Positions 13,026-26,161 of a stretch of 64,000 nucleotides of DNA are shown here, piece after piece (within the stretch, counting starts at the first letter, position 1; each line of letters begins with the position of its first letter). The position numbers were made by a program, and so were the translations under genes. Under the pieces are notes generated by a model. That model did not search any database. It had not been told where the DNA came from and saw nothing but the letters and a program-made list of their open reading frames with translations. This DNA comes from Tubulanus polymorphus (Eukaryota > Animalia > Nemertea). The stretch covers positions 1-64,000 of the forward strand of contig NW_027437470.1 in assembly GCF_964204645.1 (NCBI RefSeq), given 5' to 3'.

Positions 13026-13684
13026 TGCACAGGTTCAGCCTAATCAGAGTATAATTCAAACTTATGTTCATAATGTTTCTTAATATGAGTTAATTTCATT
13101 TTTGAAGATTTATAATGTTAAGAACATGTTCTTCTATGTTTTTCAATTATTAAAATGTGTAAATGACGATCACCATAGTATATATGTAAAATTTAATGTT
13201 AATTGAAATGTAAGTTGAATCTTAACAGTGAAAATCATGTATGTATACATTCAAGCACAAATTGTATTAATGTTGAAATACTATGTAATTTCCTTTCTAT
13301 TATATACCTGAATATATATCGGAGTAAATGTTCTTTTTATATCTGATATTCACATGTTTTTAATTTCAAGAATACGTCAATCAATATTGTAATCTGTTAT
13401 CTCATAATAATGCTATACAATATCCTAGTTATCATGTATACACCTATATTTTAGTTGAGACACAACGCAATGTCAAAGTTTAACGTCAAAGCTTAATGTC
13501 AATGTTTAATGTCAAAGCAATCTCAGTTTTGTGTTAAATGAAGATTAAGAGTAATGCAAACTTAATGTATCGAAGATTTAGTGATTCTGATATGAAATTG
13601 GAAATTGATTAATTTCTCATTTTTTACGTAGGCTTATTAACCTCATAGGTATTCCTAATTGATTATACATCCTATCTTTTCTTC

Positions 13685-13892
13685 CCGCCGCCGGGAGTGT
13701 TTCGAAAGTTCGGTTACTAAGCCGCTCATCTGGTTTGTGTTTATATATTTACTGTGGATGACATCTTGTTTATGTTTATTCTCCATCTATGTGAAAATAA
13801 AATCAGTCACTTCCAAGGTTTCGTAGTAACCAGACGTGTTGCTTCTTTCTCTCGGATCTGTCCCCTCTGGTCGAATCGAACCTTTCACGACA
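13685..13892 (+). mobile_element. BEL/Pao polypurine tract and 3' LTR (13698-13892)
   Basis: CCGCCGCCGGGAG is followed by TGTTTCGAAAG...CTTTCACGACA (TG..CA with short inverted ends), with an internal TATA-like sequence and AATAAA. No second copy in the window. Confidence 0.75.
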
Positions 13893-14110
13893 AAGATGGA
13901 GTAAAAAGAATAACAATATATTGATAAAAGATTTCTCGAAAATGCATAGGCCTCCCAACAGATTTGCGGTGTCGAACATCTTTCTTTAAGCCAGTGTTTC
14001 CAATCTGAAATTGATTCAAGTATATTATCATACCTATTATTTTTATATAGTAGGCTAGGCACTAATTTAGCACACCCACACACATAATAGACATAGGGCC
14101 ATGTTGTATC

Positions 14111-14865
14111 CAGGGTTCATAGTCTCCATGACCAGTCTCATTCCATGATTTTCAAGCACCTTTTCGAGCCGAATTCAATGACCCAATGTTACTAATACTG
14201 AAACTTCGATAGCATATTTTACACCTGGCTTCCCTTATATCATTACATTTATCGATCCATAGGCTATAATCATCATGCTTAAGCCAAGAATCCTGAAATC
14301 TACATTTTCCAGGCATTCTTACAATCAGTAGACTTTAAGGGCTCTAACAGTGAACTTGTAACTGTGACCTGCAGATGGTAACAAATGACTGATCTAGTTT
14401 TTGAAAATTTGTCTCAAATGTTTTCAAATGAAAAATCAATTGAAACATCAGTAGAGTCAAAAGAACGAAAGCAGGCCATGAACAGATCACACTCAACGTT
14501 TTGCCTATAGCAAATTACATTCAATTGGATTATAAATTAGACAGTGTGTTGCCATATATTTGCATTGACCAGACAGAATCATTGTTTTCATTGTAGTTGA
14601 GATAAATTAAGACTAATTAGACGTGATTAGTCGGAACTAGACCTAACAATACAATGATCAGATCTGATAATGTATAATGCCTAAGCTATAGATTATCTGT
14701 GACTGACCACTTTGAAATCTATGCGCGCAGTAAGGTAGATCACTCTCAATGACCATGACCATGAATCAATGACTTTAGAGGCAATTCCATGACTTTCAAG
14801 GCCTTGAATTGACCTATTCCCATTTCATGACTTTCCATGACTTTCAATGACCGCTATGAACCATG
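14111..14865. mobile_element. Degenerate MITE (hAT- or P-like)
   Basis: CAGGGTTCATAG / CTATGAACCATG ends and repeated TTCCATGAC motifs; no TSD recognised. Confidence 0.4.
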
Positions 14866-15345
14866 TATGACCCACAGCCCCCGCCCAAGTTGGCAGTTGA
14901 AACATTGACATTGATGGTCCCTGGTCCCTCACAGTAAACTGATAAACTAGCAGCTGCTTATAAGCCCATTCTTGTCCATTATAAAATTGGGTGCATTAAA
15001 TTGTCTTTCTGTTATTGACAAGTCCAGAAGAGAGGCTTTTTTAATGATTAAAAATGACACCTCTCAATCAATTGAAAACATACCTTCATTTCCGCTTGTC
15101 TTTATGCTGACAAACAAATTCAGTGCCAGTTTCGGCTTCGTATTCAGATATGTTTCTGAACACTTCTTCAGCGCGTTTAATATTATGGAATATGGAAGAC
15201 CTCAGACGACATACGAGATATAAGATACGAGATACAACATACGAGATACAACATACGAGATATAAGATACGAGATACAACATACGAGATACAACATATGA
15301 TATGCGACATACGAATATTAGTAGGGCGCCATTTTTGGTCACAAG

Positions 15346-18300
15346 ATGTCATTTGTCGTGGAGAAGTTACAGGAATGGGGGATGGGGCAACTCGTCGGAA
15401 TCTTCGAAGGTTAGTGTGAGACACTTAACCTCCGAAATTCAGTTCTAGTAGGCTAATTTAGTAAGTTAGTGGACTTTACAGCCGAGGTTACGGCTCTCCG
15501 TCACCACCACGTGGATGACCGGGTCCCTCGCTTGAAACACGGACGTGACAACGAGTAAATGCAAAATCATACAAAAGCCACTTATAAACACGATACGTTT
15601 TTTGTCAATATTTAATGTGTAAATTGGATATCGAAGTGACACGTTTTTTGTCAATATTTAATGTGTAAATTGGATATCGAAGTTCTGATGGCAATATTGA
15701 TATCTGTAAATTTAGGAAATTTGGATTGTGACTGCCTGTCAGCATATTTTGACAGTTGAGCGCCATCTATCGAACATAAATTGAAGCCAAATTTTACTGC
15801 CAATTTTGCCAATCATTGTATTGTTAGCATGTCTAATTAGTAGTCTGTTGAATTTTAATAATTTTTTATAATGTCTGAGTAGCAAGCCCGTGTCAAGCTC
15901 TTTTGAGGGGCAGTTCTATTGCAAGAAAAAGGGCACTGTTTCACTGTAAAATGGGGCACTTTCTTGTTGAAAAAGCCTGGGCAGATCTTAAATAACAAGT
16001 GCCCGGGTACCTGAAAAATCATTTGAGAATGGATTACTTTTCATTTTCTATAAAATGAGAATTTTTTCCAATTTTCGAAAAATCTTGACCCAAATCTTTA
16101 GGCACTGACTTTTTTGAAAGGGACTTTTCAGGGGGTTCGTTTGCTACCCCCGAACCCCTCTTCGGTATGGGCCGGAGTAGGCCAATCTGATTCCACAGGC
16201 ATTAAAATTGGCCTAAAGTGTTATTCAATTTCGTGTCACATCGATTTTTTTAAAAATTTTGCATAATTCTTTTGAACAAATTGGTCTTAACAAATATCTC
16301 ATGGGTGGATATAGCAACACTTTAAACCCCTGGCAGAGGATATGCGCATGTAGCCTCTTTACAAGTCGAGACCTCTGATCGCTCATTTTAACTTGTTTTT
16401 TAGATAATTCTATAGACCAGGAGGCATTTCTTCTGCTGGACGAAGAAGCACTTAAAGAATTGATACCCAAAATAGGCCTACGCATCAAGATAAGGAAAAG
16501 GATGCAAGAATTGGAGGGACACATCCTCAATGCCTCCAGTGACAAGGTATGTGCTGTTTTCCAACACACTGCATGTACAGGGTGTCCTGTAAGTAACGCA
16601 ACTTTTTACCCTACTTGGGACTTAAGTCCAAGCGGGCTATTGCGTTCACTTTTCGTCTGTCCGTCCGTCAATAATTTATATCCAGTTTCAGGGTTCAGTT
16701 CCACAAATATATGTTTATATCACAGTCAAATTTTTGTTCTATTATCATTATGTAGGCCTCTTCAGACAATCCAATCAAAAGAGGCATCTTTACTTTACTT
16801 TACAGTACCTTTACTTTGCATATTTACAGTGTACTGGACAGCCTCAAGCATCAACATTTGAGTGTACCAGACAGCCTCAAGCATCAACATTTGAGTGTAC
16901 CAGACAGCCTCAAGCATCAACATCTCAGGGTTAGTTTTTGTAGTAAATCTGTACTAAAGATTCTGTAATGACGCGCAAAAGTTGGTATGAACCTAGTGTA
17001 GCAGACTTTTAGCAAATTCAGTTTAAATTCAGAAAAAATACACATGACTAATGTATCATCAGTTGAATAAGACAATAAGTTGTGTTGGGCTGTTATATTT
17101 CAGGTTTTAATCAACAGACATCTGTGGCAGAGGCACTTGCAGCCATAAGGACAAAACGGCTTGAAGTATGCGCACTACTGCTATACATATTCCTACAATC
17201 TCATTTTGTCCTAACACAAAATTTTTCCATTTTTGCAGGGCAAGACAACAGAAAATATGCCATCCAAAAAAAAGATGAAAAAAACCTGAATTGAAAATAA
17301 CAGCTGGATGGTTAAGATGGAAAAATGATCGTTACGTCCAAGTTAGAAGTGCAAATGGTGGTGGAACGCGCAAGATAGATATGCCACGCAACAGCAATTA
17401 CAATGATATCCTGAAGAAATTGCGAGAGATTTATGACATAAAAACGCCGATTGAAAATTGTGTACTTCTAAGTTTTTGTGAGGAAGAAGTGGATGAAAGC
17501 ATCGCATTAGAAAGCTACAAAGACTCACTCAGTAAAATTGGGAAGCCTCTGTGCTCTCTCTATATAGGGAGGTAAGCAGTCAATGAGATACAATTGGAAA
17601 TGTGAATACTTGTACAGATGTTAATGACTTCTTTAAATGTACACTGTACTTACTAAATGACACCAAAGTGATTAGCACTGATTTTACATTTGAAGACAGA
17701 AGTACTGTAGTTTCTTTCAACGTCTTTAAATTTGCCAATTTATTTCAAATTTTCTGCAATATTACTGAAGTTTAAGATTGAAAAAGGTCAGCATCTATGG
17801 CGTGTGGAATTTCACGTTTCGTCTAACAAGATAAGTCTGTACACTTTACAATTTAAGTAATGATGAGGCAGGTGAAGATGAGACTGGTAATAAGGAGGCA
17901 GATGATGAAGATGTTGCTGGTTATAAAGAGGGAAGTGAAGATGAGGCTGGTAATGAGGAGGTGGGCAAAGAGAAAGATGTGAAAGTGGCTATTGAGAAAA
18001 AAACTGACAGGTAAGGCCACACAAAGAAATACCCTAGTTTCTCATCAGATTTTTTTCTGAAAAGTGACGAGGGCGGGCAAATTCTATTTTTATTGCTTCT
18101 TTTAAATAAAAAGCTCAACCTGAGTACTTAGGAACAGACGCGGGAGGGAAGTTTTTTTTACTCATGCTAAACAAATACCAGTAATGCAAGTAAAACATAT
18201 GCAAAAAACTTTATTCAGAATTAAGTAGCTCCCCAATACCTACACAATCAAACTATATCGACTCATTTAATCGTTAAAAAAAGGCGATTGATGCTTTGCC

Positions 18301-19012
18301 GATGCGGGCGAGCGCATTTAGGGACTTCATGACAGGGGCTTTATTTGACTTTCTTGAAAAACTAGGGTATTTCTTTGTGTGGCCTAATATATTGACGCAA
18401 ACACAGATGTAATTGTTTTCTATAGTTTTGGAATAGAATCTTGATAAACTTCTAAGCACTAGAAGCAACACTTCAGTTGTTCCTGGAATGTCGTTATGAA
18501 CAATTTAACCCTTTTGCAATTTCAGTACTGTAGGTGTGCAAAATCAGTTCACTTATCAATTAGGAACCTTAGATGATGTTAAAGCATATCTGGCTGACAA
18601 GCTCGAAAAAGATAATGCGGATAAGTTTGATGAAGAAATGGGCTTCGAGTTACTCAACTACGACCGTGAACAATTTGTGCCTGTTTTCGTGGCTCCCCAC
18701 GTCAAACTCTACATTGAACTGAACAACGTATCAGCCGAAATACGCGAGACGGGATGGGGAGATTTTGCACTGTTGACGCATCATCAAATGTCAGTCCTAA
18801 AAGTGATGAAGGCTGAATATAACTTGACGCATTTAGTGATCGCATTTAGAGAGGCCACTTTCATTTTGCAGATATCAACCTGCCCTGAGAGGCCACTTTC
18901 ATTCGGCAGAAATCAACCTGCCCTGAGAGGCCAGTTTAACTGCTGCTGTTTGAGTTGTGAAATCACCTGCCCTGAGAGGCCAGTTTCATTCTGCAGATAT
19001 CACCTGCCCTGA
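15346..19012 (+). CDS. Spliced transposon-borne gene: N-terminal SAM domain, QVR..GGGTR domain, acidic linker; possibly a pseudogene
   Basis: GT-AG exons 15346-15409, 16404-16546, 16830-16929, 17104-17165, 17239-17571, 17858-18010 and 18526 onward join in consistent phases. They give MSFVVEKLQEWGMGQLVGIFE/DNSIDQEAFLLLDEEALKELIPKIGLRIKIRK (SAM). One apparent +1 frameshift in an A-run at ~17280. Confidence 0.75.
16604..16680 (+). mobile_element. 5' fragment of the HINE family found at 50.8 and 57.6 kb
   Basis: CTTGGGACTTAAGTCCAAGCGGGCTATTGCGTTCACTTTTCGTCTGTCCGTCCGTC matches the start of 50767-52034. Confidence 0.7.
18015..18384. mobile_element. MITE with 3-bp TAA TSD (Zator- or PIF/Harbinger-type)
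   Basis: Perfect 26-bp TIR GGCCACACAAAGAAATACCCTAGTTT with TAA on both sides. Confidence 0.88.
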
Positions 19013-19970
19013 GAGGCCAGTTTCGTTTCGATAATACAGATTTTTCCTACATTTGCAATCTAGGCTAGGCCTCACGCATGTTACCAAAATGAGTTTAGAA
19101 AATGTGTCGTATGTTTTATATTGACGTAATGAGCAATTGCGCATGCTCTCCTCATCTCTTCGTCACCTCCCATTAATTTGTGAGCAAGCCGATAGCCAGT
19201 TTAATTACGATGCGATAAGGACTTTGTTATTTAACACTAGTGCATTCATATTTATTGATGCAAACAATGTATAGAAATACGTATGCAAATGTAACACAAG
19301 AAAGTGAAGTGCAAAGAAATTAGAAGAAACATATAGCACGTTAATCGTAATAAATTATAGATTACAAATAAAAACAGCGCCGCTTGGAATCATATAATTT
19401 AATTTTTACAAAAAACTTGTATCATCGTTATCATTGATTACCTAACATAGCAGCAAAATTCTATTCCTAAGAATAATTGTGATTTTTCTTCTTCATTAAG
19501 TTATAGATGAAATTTTTTATGATGTTTTGATAAGAAATGTTCCCACAAGGAAAAGTTTTTTTCATTTCTTTATTTCTATGAAAAATATTAGTATTTTTTA
19601 ATTTGTTTCTGAAAAATATCAATTCTAATTCTATTTTCTTATATATTTCAACAAAAATTCATATTTTGATTTTAGGTAACTTTTGTTTCCCTATCGTCTT
19701 GACTTTTTAACTGTTTTAGCTTAATATGATTAAAAGCATTTGTATATCTCAATTTATTTCTATAGAATACAGCGTAGTCTTCTATTGTATGATCGAAAAC
19801 TTTAGTTTGAATCTGAATATCCTGATCACCTTGCCGCCATTTCAGCTCACTCTGTTGTATGGGTTTTCATTTTCTATTGATTCAAACAAATGGCCTCTCA
19901 AGGCAGGTTCCTGCCCTGAGAAGCCATGTGGCCTCTCAGGGCAGGTTCTGGAAAATCTGCAGAATGACTC
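18850..19970. mobile_element. Foldback/MITE remnant with ACCTGCCCTGAGAGGCCA subterminal repeats
   Basis: About five direct copies at 18850-19020 and inverted copies at 19890-19970, flanking an AT-rich core. Confidence 0.65.
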
Positions 19971-22004
19971 ATATGTTTTCAACATCTACTACGTACTCGG
20001 CGTATACGACGACACGTGCGCGGGCAGTGGCGTATACATTAACTATGAATCAATATGCGAAAAACGTTTCATTTGAAACGAAAAATATTTAGAAATATTC
20101 GATCAACCGCTACCGGGGACCGGCTTCTCGCTACGTCAGTGGGCCACTCTTAGTGTGAGACACCGATGGTCCGTTGATTCGAGTTGGCTCCAAATAAGGG
20201 GCTACAGCCCCTAAATCCACCAAAAACGCCTCAAATTCCAAAATCCATTTTTGAGTGTACAAAAATCCCTCAAAAGTTAGCCATGGCCCCTTCAAATTGG
20301 TGGTGCTAAGAATTGCGCCTAGTCAAGGGTTTAAACTTCGCGTTCGATCGAGGGTTTTCGATGAAGAATGTAAGATACTATATTACGAATGCCGATGACC
20401 AAAGAGTTTAAAAAAAAGTCCGACACACGCGGAATCGGTTTAGTGTACTATGATTTCAACGAATGAATTGAAAAATGGACATGAATTAAAAATACTAAAG
20501 ATAACATAAATTTATTGAATGAATTATTCATTAAATATCAGAATGGAGTTCTGGATTGTATCACTCTCAGCTCCTGGCCCTAGTCCAGCTGATTCGTTTA
20601 TCTCGACGTTTTTTGCGACGGGTGCAAACGCACCATACAAGCAACGTTCCGGTGTTCCGCTAATTCCCTGTCTAAAAAAATGTTACTTGATATTTCCATG
20701 GATCTCTTATCTTTACAAATGTAAGAGCTGTTGTGTTTTGCTGAACACTTATTTATGTGGTTCCTGTAGTTTTGTCAACTCTCGACTCTCAACGGGTGGT
20801 CTAGTGGACTCATCAGTCTGCCCCGGTAGCTCGATAGGGATGGAATTTAGCTGGGGATTTTAAACCTTGAGAGACTGGAGAGCACGGGAGTTCTTAATCT
20901 GGAGACCAGGGCGATGTGCGGGTTCCCGGGTTGTTTGGGATTCAAGAACTCACTGGCAGGGGTCAAACAGCGGAGGAGGGGTACAAGAGGGCCGGGATTT
21001 CCGGCTGCGGAGTTCTTTTTTAGAATTTTTATTTCTGATGCAGAAAAGCCGGCGTTCGGTGAGCGGTGAAGTAGTTATTTTTTCTGCAGGCAGTGAGTAA
21101 CCGGAACCCCGGCTCCTGAACACCAGGCTGTTTTCAGACCAAAGGAAGACAAGAAATAGCACCATATTATGAACTTGAACAGTTTGATATCTTTTTAGTT
21201 TTGTGATTTGAAAAAACTTTTCGTCTCCCGCGGGAGAGAAACGGCCGGCGCGCCTGAGTCCAGGGTGTTCACAGTATGGCCTAATATCGTTGTGTCCGGT
21301 CCAGGTGTCCATATCCAAAAGAAATATATTTCTGGTTTGAATAAAATGTTGACTATGTTGATTTTCGTATAATTGACGATGATTGTACGCTTCACCGTAT
21401 TAAACGATTTATATGCAGTAAATATTGAAAAACATACACTGAGGTGGCGCTAGCGGACGGACACCCGTACTGTAAATAAGTCGTATCTCGTATGTCATAT
21501 CTCGTATGTTGCATCTCATATCTCGTATCTCGAATGTTGTCTGAGGTCTTCCATAGTTTTTGCAATATGGCCGGCATTTTGATAGCGAAAACGACCTTGG
21601 AATCTAATTGAACACTAAGAATGTGTATCCGTAACCGAAAATTGAAAGGTAGTTAACGCGTCCTGGAACTAGGGTCAACCCTGTGAACTTCATCTTCAAA
21701 ACAAATTTGTTGAACAGCAGTGTATCGAAAAACTGTACGTACAGTGTACTGCGAACTGAACGCGGCGTCTTCTCACTTAGAAAATCATCGACTTGACAGA
21801 TTAGTTCGATTTTCGACCGCGGCGGCGCTATACAACATTGGACAAAAGAAACTTTCTACCTTTTGCTCGATCAAGTCGGTCATGACGACGACCTTAAGGC
21901 ATGTCTCTGTAACCGAAGGTAGAGCATAAAACACGGTTCAGGACTCGTCAGCGGACACCGGCCCGGAAAACATTTCAAAACGTGTATTGTCGGTACCTAG
22001 CACG

Positions 22005-22130
22005 ATTTCGGCGTTTTTCGGGAATTCCCTGAAATTTCGGCGTTTTTCGGAAATTCCCTGAAATTTCAGCGTTTTTATTTCAGCGTTTCAGCTTTTCAGT
22101 GTTTCAGCTTTTTCAGCGAAGTTCAGGAAC
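22005..22130. repeat. Short tandem array (TTTCGGCGTTTTTC / TTTCAGC), probable transposon end
   Basis: 29-bp and 8-10-bp periodic repeats ending in GGAACC. Confidence 0.55.
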
Positions 22131-22135
22131 CGCAA

Positions 22136-25100
22136 TATTGTTGTGATCCGATGGTCAATTGAATACTTCTTCATTATATGGAAAATGCCTCTTTTCTTAG
22201 GCCTTCTATTGGTCAGCGTTGTGATCACTTAAAATTACCCTTAAGTTTGAATTCTCACTGAACTACTACATCACTATAACCAATATATATATTTCATATC
22301 AGGCGATTAACTTTGATATGTGGTGGTCAGTGGACAGCAGCTACGAAACTACTACCATTCCTTCTATATTCAATAATATGATATGATATGATATGATATC
22401 TTCTTTAATGTTCAGTTTAAACGTCTTGAACGCAAAAGTTTGAAAAGTTTCGCATGTTGGTACCGATACGCACGTTCATGCGTTACAGGCTCTTAATGCG
22501 CACGTTACAATTACAAATCGAAACGTTGTTCGTTCAAAAACCCCACGTGAAAAACTTTTGCATTTAGTAGGAAATTTCAAAGTTAGCTCGCTACCTACAA
22601 TAAAAATCTGACAAGACTTTTCAAGCGACAAATTTAAATGTAAGAGCTAGTAGTACTAACGAAGGATTCAGGCAATTCCCCGTGTCATTTCTAAAAACAT
22701 TTAACCGGAAATTAGACAGTACTTGTGTAGCTTGTACAGGTAAAAGAGTTGTTATATTTACGTTCAGGCCAAATGAAATTATTTGATACCAGACACGACA
22801 AAGTTGTTTCCGAAACAGATAACTATGTGGTCAGTATTGGTCAAGATTTGGTCAGTTGAATAGTTGTTAGATGAAAGCCCACACCATATCTAATTATTTG
22901 ACACCAAACACGACTGTGTTGCTTCTAAAATAGACAAATTACTTTAGGGTCAGTATTGGTCAAAAATTGGTCAGTTAAATAGTTTTCAGATTAAAGCCCG
23001 CACCAATATAGTCGCTCGACGCCCAAACACGATTTTATTGCTTTACTAAACATATAAATTACTTGGTGGGTTCTGGTTAGCACTCGTAACTAGTACTGGT
23101 CAGTTAAACAATTTTAGATTAGGCCTGATGCCCACATCATATCTAGTTATTTGACACCAAACAACTTATTTTTTTGCAAAACAAATAATTTACTATACGG
23201 TGCTGGTCATGCATTGGTCAGTTAATAGACCATATGGTCCACGCCACGAGTTATTTGATACCAAACATGATTGGATTGTGTTGTTTCGAAAATCTGTTGG
23301 GCAATTTGTGGTCAGCCCTGGTTCGTTTATAGGTTCTTATTTTGCAGGCATCTCGAACACCGAAAGATTGAATTACTAATTAATTCAACAGATATCATTA
23401 ATTAATGGAAATGAAAGTTTCGACGAAAGACCGTCCGTGACCGTCATTTTCGTCGCCGCGATTTAGCCAATGCCCATGTGTCCCGGATGTAAACTACACT
23501 TTTTGAGAAGGACGGTATGGAGAAATATAGAAAATTAGAATTTGCCTCACACGCGCGATTAACTTAAGGAGCTTCCAGCTCGCGCCTTCGGCGCTCGCTG
23601 TGCGCTTAGTATTTTTAGTTCCTATTTCTCCGTAGAAACCGATTGGAAGACTGGATTCGAATCCCACAAAAAGCACAGTCCCTTAGCAACGGGTCGAATT
23701 TTTTAGAATAACAAGCGCGCCGGTTTCACAGCATCACTAAGGGTCGAGTCCCGGAGAACAACGCACGCGCGCGGTCCACGTGTTACAAAATGACCGTCCC
23801 GCTCCACACAAGTACTGAATAATCAACTCAAAATTTTGCCAATCCCTGGGAGTAAAATGCCGTGTGTTTTTTTAACATATCGTATCTTTATGTGTTTTTT
23901 ACTCCCGTTTTTCAAACGTTATTCCCCTTTTCCGTTTCGAGTAAAATACGTATACGCTATAATCTGTACTTAAAATACCGTTGTTCCATTAATTCCGTAC
24001 CCATGCAACCCGTTGTAATACTTAGGAACAAATCTTTAGTAGTGTAAAAAATATAAAACTATTGAAGCCATGAGATTTAATGTAGAAATCTGTCGTTTTT
24101 TAACTACAGAAAATTTTGTTTTCGTGTAATCGATAAAACAAGAGGCTCTCAATATGTAATCAACATTCCCAAACTCCCATGTTGTTTTTCGCAAAAAAAT
24201 GATTTTTTTCTTTTTTAATCACGGGTCCCTTGATTCGCTCGAAGATCTATCATATTTTCGGTGATTTTCTTTGGTCCCGCCACCGGGTGCCTTCCTTCAT
24301 AACCTACATTTTTTACAATGTAGAACTTGGGAACACAGTTCTTGCGTAAAACATATAAAACTATTCAAGCCGTTCGTAAAAAAATATCAGATAAGTGCGT
24401 ATATAATATCATATAAGACATTACGAGAATGCCGGTTTGCTAGCGTATCTATTTGACACCCGTATTGCTCGGGTTAGTTTTACTATCAACGGGTGGCGCT
24501 GTATGTAAATTTCACATAAATCAACGACTTTCGGCTATTAGCGGTACTTAAGACCACTTGAAAACATCATAGTCAATTACGGTAGTAGTGAACATAAAAA
24601 GATACAGTACAAAGATACAGTACGGTGTACAGTTAAGGACATGATTCCATAGGACCCATACCAGAGACATTTTGTTCAGACAAGGACTGTTAGTTAAACA
24701 CTAATCTTCATTATCAGCAATTAACGATCTGGTGAATTAATTAGTGATTCGGTCTTTCGGTGGTTCGAGATAAAATGCCCGCAAAATAAGAACCTAACGA
24801 ACCAGGGCTGACCACAAATTGCCCAACAGATAAATTTTCGAAACGACACAATCCAATCATGTTTGGTATCAAATGTGGCGTGGACCATGGTCTTTTAACT
24901 GACCAATGCATGACCAGTACTGACCATATAGTAAATTATTTGTTTGCAAACAATTAAGTTGTTTGGTGTCAGATAACTAGATATGATGTGGGCATTAATC
25001 TAAAAATTGTTTAACTGACCAATGCTTGACCAGTACAGACCAGTTACCAGTGCTAACCAGAACCCCCATAAGTAATTTATATGTTTAGTGAATCCTTCGT

Positions 25101-25661
25101 TAGTACTACTAGCTCTTACATTTAAACTTGTCGCTTGAAAAAGTCTTGTCCGATTTTTGTTGTAGGTAGCGAGCTAACTTTGAAATTCCGCTAAAATGCA
25201 TAAGATTTTTACGTAGGGTTTTGAACGAACAACGTTTCCATTTGTAATTGTAACGTGCGCATTTGAGCCTGTAACGTGCACATTTCACTCGCGTGAACGT
25301 GCGTATCGGTACCAACATGCGAGACTTGTCAAACTTTTACGATCAAGACTTTTAAACTGAACAAAGAAGATATGATATCATATCATATATATGAATAATG
25401 AATAAATGGAAGATAATGTAGTAGTTTGAAATGTTTCGTAGCTGCTGTCCACTGACCACAGATCAAAGCTTATTGCCTGATATGAAATATATTTTTGTTA
25501 TAGAGATGTAGTAGATCAGTGAGAATTCAAACTTATGGTTAATTTTGAGTGATCACAACGCTAACCAATAGAGAAAGCTGTAAGGCCTAAGAAAAGATGC
25601 ATTAAGTATAACATATCTTTCAGTATAATGACGAAGTATTCAACTGGCCATCACAACAATA
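22136..25661. repeat. Long diverged inverted repeat (arms ~22136-23405 and ~24715-25661)
   Basis: Colinear reverse-complement matches along both arms (e.g. GTGGTCAGTGGACAGCAGCTACGAAAC). The right arm lacks about 370 bp of the internal TGGTCAGT tandem units. Confidence 0.85.
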
Positions 25662-26161
25662 GTTTGACTTATCTTATTGAAAAATACCGGAGTGTTAATG
25701 GGAAATAAATAGAATATCGTTTTTCAATCATACGTACACGAATTATCGCGATATAAAGATAAATAATATGTTCATATACTTTTTACGTCTTATACTGTAT
25801 ATTTCTTCAGTAGTATAAAGAGTGGATCAGCAGGCCACCTGAGACCATTCCACGATCTAAGGTCAGTTGCCAAAAGTTGGTAAGTTTACCAGTGGATAGT
25901 TTACATTTATAATGACAATTAAATTTTCATTGCTAAAATAACTTTGTACTTGTTGACTCAAAAGCAGAGAATTGAAAACACGATAATACGATACGAAAAC
26001 TCAGTGTACAAATTCAAAAAGATTATCTCTAGTGAGAGATCGAACGTTGTGTCGTAATTTTCTAATGATAAAACATGGTTTGAAATTTGAAATGTGTACA
26101 TAGTTGATCTTTTTCAGTGTATTTAGTCATGTATCATATTGGATGATGGTTAATTTAAACT

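Larger units (their letters stand above)
15191..21555. mobile_element. IS3EU-like TIR DNA transposon (no transposase visible)
   Basis: TIR TATGGAAGACCTCAGAC / GTCTGAGGTCTTCCATA (TAY..RTA termini), with 7-bp-period subterminal arrays (ATACGAG/ATACAAC) at both ends. The flanks do not form a TSD. Superfamily assignment rests on the termini only. Confidence 0.7.
7702..21680. mobile_element. Inner Mutator-like (MULE) element enclosing ~13.6 kb of cargo
   Basis: TIR GGTCGACCCTAGTTCCAGGACGCATTAACTACCTTTCAATTTTCGGTTACGGATACAC matches 21623-21680 with 2 mismatches, and degenerate similarity extends to ~120 bp. Perfect 9-bp TSD CTGTGAACT (7693-7701, 21681-21689). Confidence 0.9.
6581..21866. mobile_element. 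Outer Mutator-like (MULE) non-autonomous DNA transposon
   Basis: Termini GCAAAAGGTAGAAAGTTTCT / AGAAACTTTCTACCTTTTGC, with imperfect inverted similarity over ~110 bp. Perfect 9-bp TSD TCGATCAAG (6572-6580, 21867-21875). No transposase seen; ~1.3 kb remains once the inner element is removed. Confidence 0.85.

Noticed and set aside
15086-15424. ORFs 15086-15424, 15123-15419 and 21392-21577
   Set aside because: Translations of the 7-bp subterminal repeats.
18850-19020. CRISPR-like repeat-spacer pattern
   Set aside because: The spacers are related to each other, inverted copies lie 900 bp away, the context is eukaryotic and there are no cas genes.
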